Origin: an uncultured Leptospirales bacterium
GTDB taxonomy: Bacteria; Spirochaetota; UBA4802; JAFGDQ01
DNA: 64,000 nucleotides
Assembly (NCBI GenBank): GCA_964626055.1
Contig: CAZVDF010000010.1
Coordinates: 5,243-69,242, forward strand
Direction: 5' to 3'
Each line of letters starts with the position of its first letter. Position 1 is the stretch's first letter. The notes under the pieces are model-generated. The model worked only from the letters and a program-made list of their open reading frames with translations, was not told where the DNA came from and did no database searches. The translations under genes were made by a program, and so were the position numbers. This document shows, piece by piece, positions 1 to 8,945 of the stretch.

Positions 1-137
1 TCCACTAATTTCGCTTTTTTAAATTTTTCTTTAAGCTTCTCAATAGACCTGTAGTATTCGTGATGATTAACAAAATGCAAAATCTTCTGGATCCGTTCAT
101 AATCATATTTTGTGATCAATCTTTTATTGTTAAACAT
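1..137 (-). CDS. N-terminal fragment of a possible GreA/GreB-family (Rnk-like) regulator; gene continues past the left window edge
   Basis: ATG at 137 on minus strand, open to the edge. Translation is MFNNKRLITKYDYERIQKILHFVNHHEYYRSIEKLKEKFKKAKLV. Only a loose resemblance to Rnk N-termini. Confidence 0.3.
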   Translation of the reverse strand, partial: MFNNKRLITKYDYERIQKILHFVNHHEYYRSIEKLKEKFKKAKLV

Positions 138-379
138 GCTCCCATCCCTGATTAATACAAATAGTATGTAAAGCTGCCGGCCCGATAATAATTGATTAAA
201 ACAGATTAAAGCGCCGTTCCTGAAAAAGTCCGGGAAGGAATTGTCAGGATACTATTAGAAAAAGGATATTATCGACAAAATATATTATAATTGACTATAA
301 ATTGCAATTAGAAAATCAAAAAGTAATTGAAATTTTTATATTTATCCTCTAATTTCCTGATAAACCGGCCCGTAAAAGC

Positions 380-425
380 AAAATAAAATTCACCGGGGCA
401 AGCCCCCGGTACTGACGTACCGGCC
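380..425 (+). repeat. family B element, 5' fragment (hairpins H1-H2 only)
   Basis: AAAATAAAATTCACCGGGGCAAGCCCCCGGTACTGACGTACCGGCC, nearly identical to the 5' ends of the full copies. Confidence 0.75.
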
Positions 426-445
426 GGAAATTGGATTGTTTACAT

Positions 446-1351
446 ATGAAACTGATAAAAATCGGAACACGCGGGAGCGACCTTGCTCTGTGGCAGGCAA
501 ATCATGTCGCCGAACTCATCGGCATAGAAAAAACCGAAATAAAAATAATAAAAACAAAAGGCGATAAGCTTCAGAATTTATCTTTTGATAAGATAGAAGG
601 CAAAGCCTTCTTTACGAAAGAAATCGAGGAAGCCCTTTTAAATAACGAGATCGATATAGCCGTGCACTCCTTAAAGGATCTCCCGACAGAAAATACGGAT
701 AGCCTGACTATTGCCGCAGTTCTAAAAAGAGAGGACCCGTCCGATATACTGTTGATAAGAAGTCAGTGCTGCAACGACAAAAACTTTTTAAAGTTATTCG
801 ACGGGGCAATTGTCGGCACAAGCTCCGCCAGAAGAGCGGCTCAAATAAAAAACACGATGAATACTCTTAGGGTTTCTTCGCTCAGAGGCAATGTGCCGAC
901 CAGGATACAAAAGCTTCGTGCGGGGCAATTTGACGCAATTATTATCGCGAAAGCCGGGATCAACAGGCTGATGCCGGATATAAGCGATTTCAAATCGCTT
1001 ATCCTGCCCTTCAGCTTTTTCCTCCCTTCCCCGTCTCAGGGCGCTCTGGCGATCCAGATAAGGGATAATGAGAATGATTTAAAGGAATTGTTAAAACCCC
1101 TGTCGGATACGGAGACGGAGAAGTCGGTTACTGCGGAAAGAAGCTTTTTAAAGCATTTCGGGGGCGGCTGTCATATTCCTCTCGGGGCGTTCGCATATGT
1201 TACCGAGGACATTATTCATCTGTCCGGCTCGATCACTTCTGCGGACGGAGGAAAGACGATCAGAGGGAATATTATAGGGAATGAGCCGGAGCTGCTTGGT
1301 GGACAGCTGGCGGATCTATTAAAGAAAAAGGGAGCGGATAAATTATTATGA
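446..1351 (+). CDS. hemC: porphobilinogen deaminase (hydroxymethylbilane synthase)
   Basis: ORF 431..1351. First ATG at 446 gives MKLIKIGTRGSDLALWQANHV, a canonical HemC N-terminus. ATGA overlap with the next gene. Confidence 0.93.
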   Translation: MKLIKIGTRGSDLALWQANHVAELIGIEKTEIKIIKTKGDKLQNLSFDKIEGKAFFTKEIEEALLNNEIDIAVHSLKDLPTENTDSLTIAAVLKREDPSDILLIRSQCCNDKNFLKLFDGAIVGTSSARRAAQIKNTMNTLRVSSLRGNVPTRIQKLRAGQFDAIIIAKAGINRLMPDISDFKSLILPFSFFLPSPSQGALAIQIRDNENDLKELLKPLSDTETEKSVTAERSFLKHFGGGCHIPLGAFAYVTEDIIHLSGSITSADGGKTIRGNIIGNEPELLGGQLADLLKKKGADKLL

Positions 1352-2835
1352 AGCCGGGCATTGTGTATCTGATCGGAGCGGGGCCGGGAGATCCCGGGCT
1401 GATAACGGAGAAAGGGCGGAATATTCTGGCAAAAGCCGATTGCGTTGTATATGATTATCTTGCCGGGAACAGCATTGTCGAAAATATTGAATGCGAAAAA
1501 ATTTTCGTAGGGAAAAAAGCGAGCGATCACACCATGCCCCAGGAGGAGATAAACGCGCTGCTGATAAAAAAAGCCGGTGAAGGAAAGCTCGTTGCAAGGT
1601 TAAAAGGCGGCGATCCGTTCATATTCGGCAGGGGCGGCGAGGAAGCCGAAGCGCTTCTTGACGCAGGGGTGCCCTTCAGTATAATCCCCGGAGTATCTTC
1701 ATTCTACTCCGCGCCGGCGTACGCGGGAATTCCGCTTACGCACAGGGATTACGCAGACGCTTTTGAGGTCGTCACAGGCCATAAAAAAGCCGGCTCGTCC
1801 GAAGAAGAGATCAATTTCCCGGAATACAATCCTAAAAAAACTTTTATTTTCATTATGGGCATGAAAAATCTGGAAATCATCTCGAAAAAGCTAATTGAAG
1901 AAAAAAAATTCCCAGAAGATACTCCTGCAGGAATTGTGACATGGGGAACTACGCCTAATCAACGGACTATAACCGGGACTCTGGCCGACATTGCCGGAAA
2001 AGCCGAATCCGCGGGTCTCGGCGCTCCTGCCATAATCGTAATAGGCAAAGTCGTGCTTCTGCGCGACAGGCTGTCGTGGTTCGAGAGCCAGCCTCTCTTC
2101 GGCAAAAAGATAGTCGTTACGCGCACGCGCGATCAGGCGTCTGTGCTCGCTGAAAAACTTGGCGGTCTGGGAGCTGAAGTAATCGAGTTCCCGACTATCG
2201 AGATAAAAATAAAAAGCGATCTTCGCGGGCTTAAAAAAGCGATCGATAATCTTAACAAGTACCACTGGATAATTTTCACTTCACAGAATGCTGTAGATAT
2301 TTTTTTTGATACGCTCAGAAATAAAGCAAAGGACAGCCGCATTTTAGGCAAAACGAAAATTGCTGCCATAGGTCCGGCTACTGCAAAAAAACTGAACGGA
2401 TATTTCATTACGCCCGATCTTATACCTTCCGAATTCATTGCCGAGGAAATTATAAACTCGATGAAAAAATCAAAGCTTAAAAACAAGCGCATATTGCTTC
2501 CGTGCGCTGCTGAAGCAAGACCTGCGCTTAAAAAAGGCCTGGCAAAGCTTGGGGCCAGAGTTGACAGAATAGAAATATACGATACAGTTATACCGGAGAG
2601 GATTTCCGAATACTCCCTGTCAGAGATAGCCTCGGCAGACATGATAACATTCACAAGTTCATCAACGGTTAGGAATTTTTTTAAAATTTTCGATGAAACA
2701 AAAGCAAAACTCGCGTGTATTGGACCGGTCACTGCCGACAGTCTTATATCTTCAGGACATTCACCGGACATTGTCGCGTCCGAATACACGATAGACGGGC
2801 TTGTTGAAGCAATAATGAAGTACTATATTGCATAA
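1348..2835 (+). CDS. cobA/hemD: fused uroporphyrinogen-III C-methyltransferase / uroporphyrinogen-III synthase
   Basis: 495 aa. N-terminal [19 protein letters not shown] signature. The C-terminal ~240 aa are HemD-like. Confidence 0.9.
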   Translation: MKPGIVYLIGAGPGDPGLITEKGRNILAKADCVVYDYLAGNSIVENIECEKIFVGKKASDHTMPQEEINALLIKKAGEGKLVARLKGGDPFIFGRGGEEAEALLDAGVPFSIIPGVSSFYSAPAYAGIPLTHRDYADAFEVVTGHKKAGSSEEEINFPEYNPKKTFIFIMGMKNLEIISKKLIEEKKFPEDTPAGIVTWGTTPNQRTITGTLADIAGKAESAGLGAPAIIVIGKVVLLRDRLSWFESQPLFGKKIVVTRTRDQASVLAEKLGGLGAEVIEFPTIEIKIKSDLRGLKKAIDNLNKYHWIIFTSQNAVDIFFDTLRNKAKDSRILGKTKIAAIGPATAKKLNGYFITPDLIPSEFIAEEIINSMKKSKLKNKRILLPCAAEARPALKKGLAKLGARVDRIEIYDTVIPERISEYSLSEIASADMITFTSSSTVRNFFKIFDETKAKLACIGPVTADSLISSGHSPDIVASEYTIDGLVEAIMKYYIA

Positions 2836-2910
2836 ACTGCTTCGCAGCTATCCCATTGAGGAAGAGTGTCGTCTCACGTAAAATTTTTTAGTGTAAATAT
2901 GATATGCTAT

Positions 2911-2965
2911 CCCCCCTATCACCGTGCGGAGCCTCCCCTTGGGACGAGAGGGGGCACCGGCTTGG
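2911..2965 (+). repeat. family C GC-rich REP-like hairpin, long form
   Basis: CCCCCCTATCACCGTGCGGAGCCTCCCCTTGGGACGAGAGGGGGCACCGGCTTGG. Reverse-complement match to 20281..20335. Confidence 0.75.
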
Positions 2966-3112
2966 ATAGTAAGCTATATTGCTTCATAATTAACTCAGGT
3001 TGATTGACTTTTTAAAATAAATAGTGTTAATGAATTTTTTAGAATAAAAATCAGTCAATCTGTGTAAGAAAGATTGTTATTGTCTGAAAAAACTAAAAAA
3101 TTATTTTTGTAT

Positions 3113-3136
3113 GCCCCCTCCGGGGGTTAGGGGGCA
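3113..3136 (-). repeat. family C hairpin, short form
   Basis: Reverse complement reads TGCCCCCTAACCCCCGGAGGGGGC. Confidence 0.7.
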
Positions 3137-3271
3137 GAAATGGCATTTTGCATAATTTGCGAGTATTGTTACCATATAAAAATATTTGTTGATAAATATT
3201 TAAAATAAGATAACCCTATTCGGACTATGTCGGCATTTTTCTATTCATATTTATCTCAAACTATAAAATCC

Positions 3272-4195
3272 ATGGTAAAATTATATATCATACTGATCTT
3301 AATGAGTCTTACGCAATGCACGACACTTCTTACAAAAAGCGACTATGCTACATCGGTTAAATATCTCGAGCAATGGGATGTCGATAAATCCCTTAAGCAT
3401 TTCCCAAAGGGAGAAAAAAACACCCTCATAACTGAAATGGAAAAGGCATATCTGAATCTTCTTTCCGGAAAGCCCGAAATCGACAGCCTTATAGAATTTG
3501 CCCGCAAAACAGACAACCAGATAAGAGTTAAAGCGTCAAGGGAGTTAAAATCGTTCTTTTACCTTGAAACTCCGGAAGGATATTACGCCTCCGAGCATGA
3601 AATAATATGGCTGCACCTGCTTTTGTCGTGGGGATATTCGATGCGGGGAGACCGCGGCAAAGCATATGTCGAAGCAAAGATATGCGCGAATCTGTTGAGC
3701 AATGAATGGAGCGTTGAAGGCCGTTTCGATGATCCGTTCATTCGGGTTCTTCTGGGCGCGATGTGGACCATGTGCGGCGAATGGGAAGAAGCGCAGGTCG
3801 ACTTCAGGGCGGCCTATAAGCTCGACAAGTCCATTCGATGGGCAAACACGCTCGGCGATATGAAGCAGCCGCCTGACAGGCTTATTATAATATTATGCGG
3901 GCCCGGACCCGAACCGGAATGGAATCCGGAATTAAAATCGAATCCCATAAGAGGGTTCAGAGGAATAAAATTCCGTCCTCGCGGGATCAAAAGCGCGCTT
4001 GTTTTAAAAGATAAAAATAATTATAATATTAATCTTTATCTTACTCCGGATTCTTCATACTGGTATAAACGGCATTTTATCAGGGATAACGAGATCCAGG
4101 ATCTTATTCAGGATACTAAATACGCCGAGAAAGCCGCGGGAAGCGGCGTAAAAATACAGGGCTTTTTGCGGCAAATGTGGCCGGCGGACTTCTGA
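3272..4195 (+). CDS. hypothetical lipoprotein with helical (TPR-like) body
   Basis: ORF 3227..4195. Internal Met at 3272 gives MVKLYIILILMSLTQC (signal plus lipobox Cys). No recognisable catalytic motif. Confidence 0.6.
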   Translation: MVKLYIILILMSLTQCTTLLTKSDYATSVKYLEQWDVDKSLKHFPKGEKNTLITEMEKAYLNLLSGKPEIDSLIEFARKTDNQIRVKASRELKSFFYLETPEGYYASEHEIIWLHLLLSWGYSMRGDRGKAYVEAKICANLLSNEWSVEGRFDDPFIRVLLGAMWTMCGEWEEAQVDFRAAYKLDKSIRWANTLGDMKQPPDRLIIILCGPGPEPEWNPELKSNPIRGFRGIKFRPRGIKSALVLKDKNNYNINLYLTPDSSYWYKRHFIRDNEIQDLIQDTKYAEKAAGSGVKIQGFLRQMWPADF

Positions 4196-5136
4196 TCGCC
4201 GCGGGAGGCATTGCGCTCGGCGGAGGGGTTATTGTTCTGGGGCTCTATCTTCAAAGCGGTCAGCTTGCCGCTTTAGGCCTGATCCCTTTGATCGGCGGCC
4301 CCGTATGGGGATACAACTATATTAAAAAATCATATAACAACAGAGTAGAAGATTTTGAAAAAGAAACAGACCCCTCCGACAATTACCGATTCGTACGCTT
4401 CCTGCCCGAATATGCGTGGGCCGGATGGGCCATGAAACAGCACGCAGAGCCTTTCACCGCATATAAAAACGGAAAAGCCGTCCTGGCATCCGAGTGTTAT
4501 AATATTTCTTCAAATATTAATAATGTTATATTGGGCTATTTCCCGGATTCAGGAGAAACTCCCGTCGGCTTAAAACCAAGATTATCAATGGGGCGGGCGG
4601 AAAATCCCGACAGCATAAACGATATAGGGGAGACTGAGCTGTTCAATGCTATAAGGACAAATGACTCCGCATATGTAAAAGAAATAATTAAATCAGGTGC
4701 CGATGTCAATCAACTGAGCCGTCTGGGTGTGAGTCCGCTGCATGCCGCAGTCAGCCAGAAAAAAATGGAAATCGCGAAACTGCTTCTGGATAACGGAGCC
4801 AATGTCGACATTATAGATTCAAGCAATGATACGCCGCTCATATCGGCAGTCGTAAATGAGCAGATCGATTTTGTAAAACTTCTTGTAAGCAGAGGAGCCG
4901 ACGTAAATTTCATGCGGAAAACCGGATGGAATCCTCTGCATAACGCAGTATACTGGGAAAGCCCATACATTGTATCTATATTATTGGAGAACGGCGCCCG
5001 GGTTAATGACAGGAGCACGCTTAGTTACAGAACATACCCGGCAGGAACTGCGCCTTTACAGATAGCAGTTAAAAAAGATAATAAATACATTATAGACTTG
5101 CTTAAGAAATATGGTGCAAAGGAAGAAAAAGAGTAA
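4177..5136 (+). CDS. membrane-anchored ankyrin-repeat protein
   Basis: GTG start overlapping the upstream ORF by 19 nt. Two Gly-rich N-terminal TM helices. At least 4 ankyrin repeats (GADVN...SPLHAAV, GANVD...TPLISAV, GADVN...NPLHNAV, GARVN). Confidence 0.75.
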   Translation: MAGGLLIAAGGIALGGGVIVLGLYLQSGQLAALGLIPLIGGPVWGYNYIKKSYNNRVEDFEKETDPSDNYRFVRFLPEYAWAGWAMKQHAEPFTAYKNGKAVLASECYNISSNINNVILGYFPDSGETPVGLKPRLSMGRAENPDSINDIGETELFNAIRTNDSAYVKEIIKSGADVNQLSRLGVSPLHAAVSQKKMEIAKLLLDNGANVDIIDSSNDTPLISAVVNEQIDFVKLLVSRGADVNFMRKTGWNPLHNAVYWESPYIVSILLENGARVNDRSTLSYRTYPAGTAPLQIAVKKDNKYIIDLLKKYGAKEEKE

Positions 5137-5210
5137 CCATTTTTAAATTATTCAGTAAAGTTAGGGAAAGCGAATAAATATGGAAAATGTAGCTGTTATA
5201 TTTGGCTTAT

Positions 5211-5242
5211 CCCCCTATCCCCCGGAGGGGGCACCGGTTTGG
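5211..5242 (+). repeat. family C hairpin, short form
   Basis: CCCCCTATCCCCCGGAGGGGGCACCGGTTTGG. Confidence 0.75.
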
Positions 5243-5421
5243 AAAGTGCCATACTTTTAATATGCTTTAAAAAAATTTCCGGTCATCTACCCTCTGGCGA
5301 AGTTACGAATTGAAAGGGAGTAATTTAGGAAAACAGATCAGAAACAGCAGGCAAGACCAGTTATAAATGAAGAATAAACGATTAACTTTAATGCTTTAAT
5401 TAATACAATAATTTTGCTGAT

Positions 5422-5448
5422 GGTGCCCCCTCCGGGAGATAGGGGGGT
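5422..5448 (-). repeat. family C hairpin, short form
   Basis: Reverse complement reads CCCCCCTATCTCCCGGAGGGGGCACC. Confidence 0.7.
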
Positions 5449-5503
5449 GGGATGATTGCATTATTATAACAGCATTAATTCTTTTATCTCAAGGACAAAT
5501 AAC

Positions 5504-6475
5504 ATGAATATCATATACAGACCACGCCGTTTGCGGCAAAGCCGGATTATAAGAGATCTTGTTGCAGAGACTCTGCCGGATAAAAATAAGCTTATTATGC
5601 CTCACTTTGTTGCTGAAGGTTCAAGTATACGCGAGCCTATCAAAGCAATGCCGGGAATTGAAAGGCTTTGCGTAAACGCTCTTCTTAAAGACCTGGAAAG
5701 CGATTTAAAACTGGGTATAAATAAAATACTGCTTTTCGGGATACCGGCAGAAAAAGATGAAACGGCAAAAAGCGCATATGATAAAAAAGGCGTTGTCCAG
5801 AATGCCGTGCGCAGCATAAAAAAAGAGCTGCCGGAGATCTGTGTGATCACGGACGTTTGCCTGTGCGAGTACACAAGCCATGGACATTGCGGTATAATAA
5901 AAGACGGTAAAATACTGAACGATCCCACTCTGGAGCTTCTTGCGAAGACCGCCGTTTCGCACGCCGAAGCGGGTGCGGACATCGTCGCTCCTTCGGACAT
6001 GATGGACTGCCGGGTTGCAGCCATCAGGGAAGCGCTCGACTGTTCCGGTCTTGCGGACACCGCGATACTCGCGTACTCGTCCAAATACGCGTCCGCGTTC
6101 TACGGCCCGTTCAGGGAAGCTGCCGGGAGCGCTCCGGCGTTCGGGGACAGAAAGACTCACCAGATGGACTATAGGAATGCGTCCGAAGCGGAAAAGGAAG
6201 TTCTGCTCGATATCGACGAAGGCGCGGACATAGTTATGGTTAAACCCGCGCTTTCGTATCTTGACATTATTAAAAGAGTTAAGGATATTATCCGCGTGCC
6301 TTTGTGCGCTTATAATGTAAGCGGAGAATATTCCATGGTAAAGTTCGCGGCCATCAACGGCTACGGCGACGAAAGATCGCTCTGCACGGAGATACTCACC
6401 TCAATTTTCCGGGCAGGTGCTGATATGATTTTATCATATCATACAAGGGATGTTTTTAAAGGGAACTGGTTTTAA
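5504..6475 (+). CDS. hemB: porphobilinogen synthase (delta-aminolevulinate dehydratase)
   Basis: ORF 5456..6475 starts at TTG. ATG at 5504, preceded by AAGGA, gives MNIIYRPRRLRQS, the typical HemB N-terminus. Confidence 0.93.
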   Translation: MNIIYRPRRLRQSRIIRDLVAETLPDKNKLIMPHFVAEGSSIREPIKAMPGIERLCVNALLKDLESDLKLGINKILLFGIPAEKDETAKSAYDKKGVVQNAVRSIKKELPEICVITDVCLCEYTSHGHCGIIKDGKILNDPTLELLAKTAVSHAEAGADIVAPSDMMDCRVAAIREALDCSGLADTAILAYSSKYASAFYGPFREAAGSAPAFGDRKTHQMDYRNASEAEKEVLLDIDEGADIVMVKPALSYLDIIKRVKDIIRVPLCAYNVSGEYSMVKFAAINGYGDERSLCTEILTSIFRAGADMILSYHTRDVFKGNWF

Positions 6476-6516
6476 AAAATTTTTAAACATAGCGCAAATA
6501 GATGTAAAATTATTAG

Positions 6517-6636
6517 ACTTAAGTTATGATTTGATAATATCTATGGAGCAGGCGACAGGGATGTCGCCGGAACGGCGTAAAACAGGATGTTTTTTACGCG
6601 GTTCCGAAATAGATATTATCAAGTCATAACTTAAGT
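6517..6636. repeat. singleton 120-bp palindromic element between hemB and hemL
   Basis: 28-nt arms ACTTAAGTTATGATTTGATAATATCTAT / ATAGATATTATCAAGTCATAACTTAAGT (one mismatch). They enclose GC-rich sub-hairpins GGCGACAGGGATGTCGCC and CGGAACGGCGTAAAA...TTTTACGCGGTTCCG. Confidence 0.8.
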
Positions 6637-6683
6637 GAATTTTCCGAAGAAATAAGTATTAAGACTATATTTAAATAAAGAAC

Positions 6684-7979
6684 ATGAACATAAAAAATTC
6701 CGTAAAATTTTACAAAAAAGCGCTCTCGCTCATGCCCGGCGGAGTGAACTCGCCCGTCCGCGCTTTTAAATCTGTCGGAGGCAATCCGTTATTCATAAAA
6801 CGAGGAGCAGGCTCGCATATATACGATGAGGACGGCAATGAATATATCGACTACTGCATGTCATGGGGGCCGCTGATCCTCGGGCATGCGGACAGGGATG
6901 TCATCAAAGCAGTGACAGAAGCTGCAAAAAACGGAACAAGCTTCGGAACGCCGAACCGCTTTGAAGTAGAGATAGCCGAAATGATCGTTAAACGATTCCC
7001 GTCTGTTGAAAAAGTGCGCTTTGTAAGCTCCGGTACTGAAGCGGCGATGAGCGCTATAAGGCTCGCGAGAGGTTTTACCGGAAAAGATAAGATCATCAAG
7101 TTCGACGGATGCTATCACGGGCATGCTGACTATCTGCTTGTAGCTGGCGGATCGGGCCTTGCGACTTTCGGTATGCCGGATTCGGCGGGAGTGACAAAAG
7201 ACAACGCAAAAGATACAATAGTCGTTCCTTATAATTATCCCGGGCTGCTGGAGCAGGCTCTTAAAAAAGAGAGCGATAAAATTGCTGCAATAATAATGGA
7301 ACCTGTTCCGTGTAATTACGGGCTCATCCCGCCCAGGGAAAATTATTTGCGGGAAGTCAGGAATCTGTGCGACAGGTACGGCGTTCTTTTGATCTTCGAT
7401 GAAGTGATCACCGGGTTCAGGATGGCAAAAGGAGGCGCGCAGGAATATTTCGGAGTAAAACCGGACATAACAGTCTTCGGTAAAATAATCGGCGGAGGCC
7501 TTCCGGTAGGGGCATACGGCGCGTCAAAAGAAATTATGGCGAAAGTCGCGCCCGATGGGCCTGTTTATCAGGCAGGCACGCTTTCGGGCAACCCGCTCGC
7601 CATGGCTGCGGGCATTGCAACGCTGAAAAAACTAAAAGCAGATTCATACGGTTTACTCCGCAAAAAGGCAAAAAATTTCCGAAAACTTTTACAGCCCGCT
7701 TTACATAAATATTCCGGCAAAATTTTATTCCTGCAGATGGGATCCATTTTCGCGTTTTATTTTACGGAAAAAAATTTCATAAACACAGTTAACGATGTGA
7801 AGCAATCGGATATGAAGCTATTCGCGAGATTCCACAAAGCAATGCTCGGGAAAGGGATATATCTTTCGCCCTCGGGCTACGAGGTCGGATTTCTTTCTAC
7901 GGCTCACAGCGAAAAAGATATCGTCAAAACAGCAAAAGCGGCTTCGGAATCATTGGATGAGATTATGGCTTTGCAATAA
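6684..7979 (+). CDS. hemL: glutamate-1-semialdehyde 2,1-aminomutase
   Basis: 431 aa. N-terminal LMPGGVNSPVRAFKSVGG and the overall class-III aminotransferase pattern. Confidence 0.93.
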   Translation: MNIKNSVKFYKKALSLMPGGVNSPVRAFKSVGGNPLFIKRGAGSHIYDEDGNEYIDYCMSWGPLILGHADRDVIKAVTEAAKNGTSFGTPNRFEVEIAEMIVKRFPSVEKVRFVSSGTEAAMSAIRLARGFTGKDKIIKFDGCYHGHADYLLVAGGSGLATFGMPDSAGVTKDNAKDTIVVPYNYPGLLEQALKKESDKIAAIIMEPVPCNYGLIPPRENYLREVRNLCDRYGVLLIFDEVITGFRMAKGGAQEYFGVKPDITVFGKIIGGGLPVGAYGASKEIMAKVAPDGPVYQAGTLSGNPLAMAAGIATLKKLKADSYGLLRKKAKNFRKLLQPALHKYSGKILFLQMGSIFAFYFTEKNFINTVNDVKQSDMKLFARFHKAMLGKGIYLSPSGYEVGFLSTAHSEKDIVKTAKAASESLDEIMALQ

Positions 7980-8113
7980 CCCGGCCACAGCTAATTAGTC
8001 ACATATTTTCACTGATTTTACAAGCGTACGTCCCAAAACTTCTGTAACAACTTTAGAAAATAATTCAGCTATAATCATCTGGAAAGGGACAAGTCAATAT
8101 AATGAGTTTACTT

Positions 8114-8315
8114 GAAGCCATCCCATAATTAAAGATTCAAATAAGTGATTAACGATAAATAAGGATACACTAAAAAATTTTCTGCGGAATCAGACCTTCC
8201 TGGTAAGTATTCCATGCTTTTAAACGCTTTTGCATCAGGTCTGAAAGGCGTCCTCAAAAATTTTCTAGTGTATCCTTATTTATCAGTAAATAAAATATAA
8301 TTTTGAGATGGCTTC
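8114..8315 (+). repeat. family A nested-palindrome element, copy 1 (inner hairpin 8154..8284)
   Basis: Outer termini GAAGCCATCCCATAATT / AATTTTGAGATGGCTTC. Inner stem GATAAATAAGGATACACTA.../...TAGTGTATCCTTATTTATC. Conserved core CTGCGGAATCAGACCTTCCTGGT...GCATCAGGTCTGAAAGGCGTCCTCA. Confidence 0.85.
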
Positions 8316-8509
8316 TATATATTTGCCAATATCCCGAGAGCGCCGTGCAGGATACCGGTAATTAAAAGAGTGATCCCTGTTTTTTTATGTACTCCAATTT
8401 TAACCTGTATGATCCTCATACCGGAAAGGAACTGGAATATTAAAAGAAATAAATTGATTATTCCAAGTATCATAATTATTGATATTCCGAATATAGACAT
8501 GGTGAACAT
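8315..8509 (-). CDS. 64-aa two-TM membrane protein with His-x13-His on TM2
   Basis: AAGGAG RBS. Lies 17 nt downstream of the SOR-like gene on the same strand. Two hydrophobic helices, with H41 and H55. Confidence 0.55.
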   Translation of the reverse strand: MFTMSIFGISIIMILGIINLFLLIFQFLSGMRIIQVKIGVHKKTGITLLITGILHGALGILANI

Positions 8510-8526
8510 AAACTACTCCTTGAATG

Positions 8527-8907
8527 TTATTGTATCTCTATTTTCTTTTCGACTTTCCCCGTGCTTCCATGCAGGTTGCAGTTGCCCTCAGCTTCAATGA
8601 CGAGCTGGCCGCTGACTTCGGCTTTATAGCTTACCTCGCGTGTAAAATTTTCGTTTTCCGGCAGTTTCCCTGCGGAAAATTCCCAGCGGCCGATTTCCTT
8701 GCCATTGACCTTAACGTAGATCCAGTCCGTATGATGAATAAAATTATTCCCGCTGTGAGTTACATTAATCTTTATTTTTATTTCCGATCCTTTAGCGGCT
8801 TTATCCGGGGCGTCTATTATCACTGAAGTTTTATTGGCGAATAACGGCGAAGCTATTAAAAAAACGGAAATTATTATTGTAAAAAAAAGTCCATATTTAT
8901 TCAGCAT
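8527..8907 (-). CDS. exported superoxide-reductase-like (desulfoferrodoxin Fe-binding domain-like) protein
   Basis: GGAGG RBS 8 nt upstream. Sec-type signal MLNKYGLFFTIIISVFLIASPLFA. Motifs THSGNNFIHHTDWIYV and GNCNLHG resemble SOR centre ligand motifs. Confidence 0.6.
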   Translation of the reverse strand: MLNKYGLFFTIIISVFLIASPLFANKTSVIIDAPDKAAKGSEIKIKINVTHSGNNFIHHTDWIYVKVNGKEIGRWEFSAGKLPENENFTREVSYKAEVSGQLVIEAEGNCNLHGSTGKVEKKIEIQ

Positions 8908-8945
8908 GAATATTTCCTCCTGGAAAAATTAATATTAAATTATTA

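Noticed and set aside
2911-5448. Lipoprotein/ankyrin module as a composite transposon bounded by family C pairs
   Set aside because: The DNA between the members of each C pair is unrelated on the two sides. I found no target-site duplication and no transposase. I kept it only as a repeat-flanked insertion hypothesis.
6543-6629. 28-aa ORF (MEQATGMSPERRKTGCFLRGSEIDIIKS) inside the 120-bp palindrome
   Set aside because: It has no RBS and lies wholly within a palindromic repeat. It is most likely fortuitous.
8154-8284. Family A core as a hammerhead or other small self-cleaving ribozyme (contains CTGAAAGG and CTGCGG segments)
   Set aside because: The hammerhead core (CUGAUGA...GAAA plus three-stem junction) cannot be assembled. 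No twister, pistol or HDV-like signatures were seen either.
8299-8315. Conserved ATG inside the family A outer terminus (GAGATGRCTTCT) as the start of a small ORF
   Set aside because: The downstream reading frames differ in length and sequence between copies (MASIYLP..., MTSNNLIL..., MTSGKR-stop, MTSN-stop). Two copies have ATA or ATT instead of ATG, and there is no RBS.
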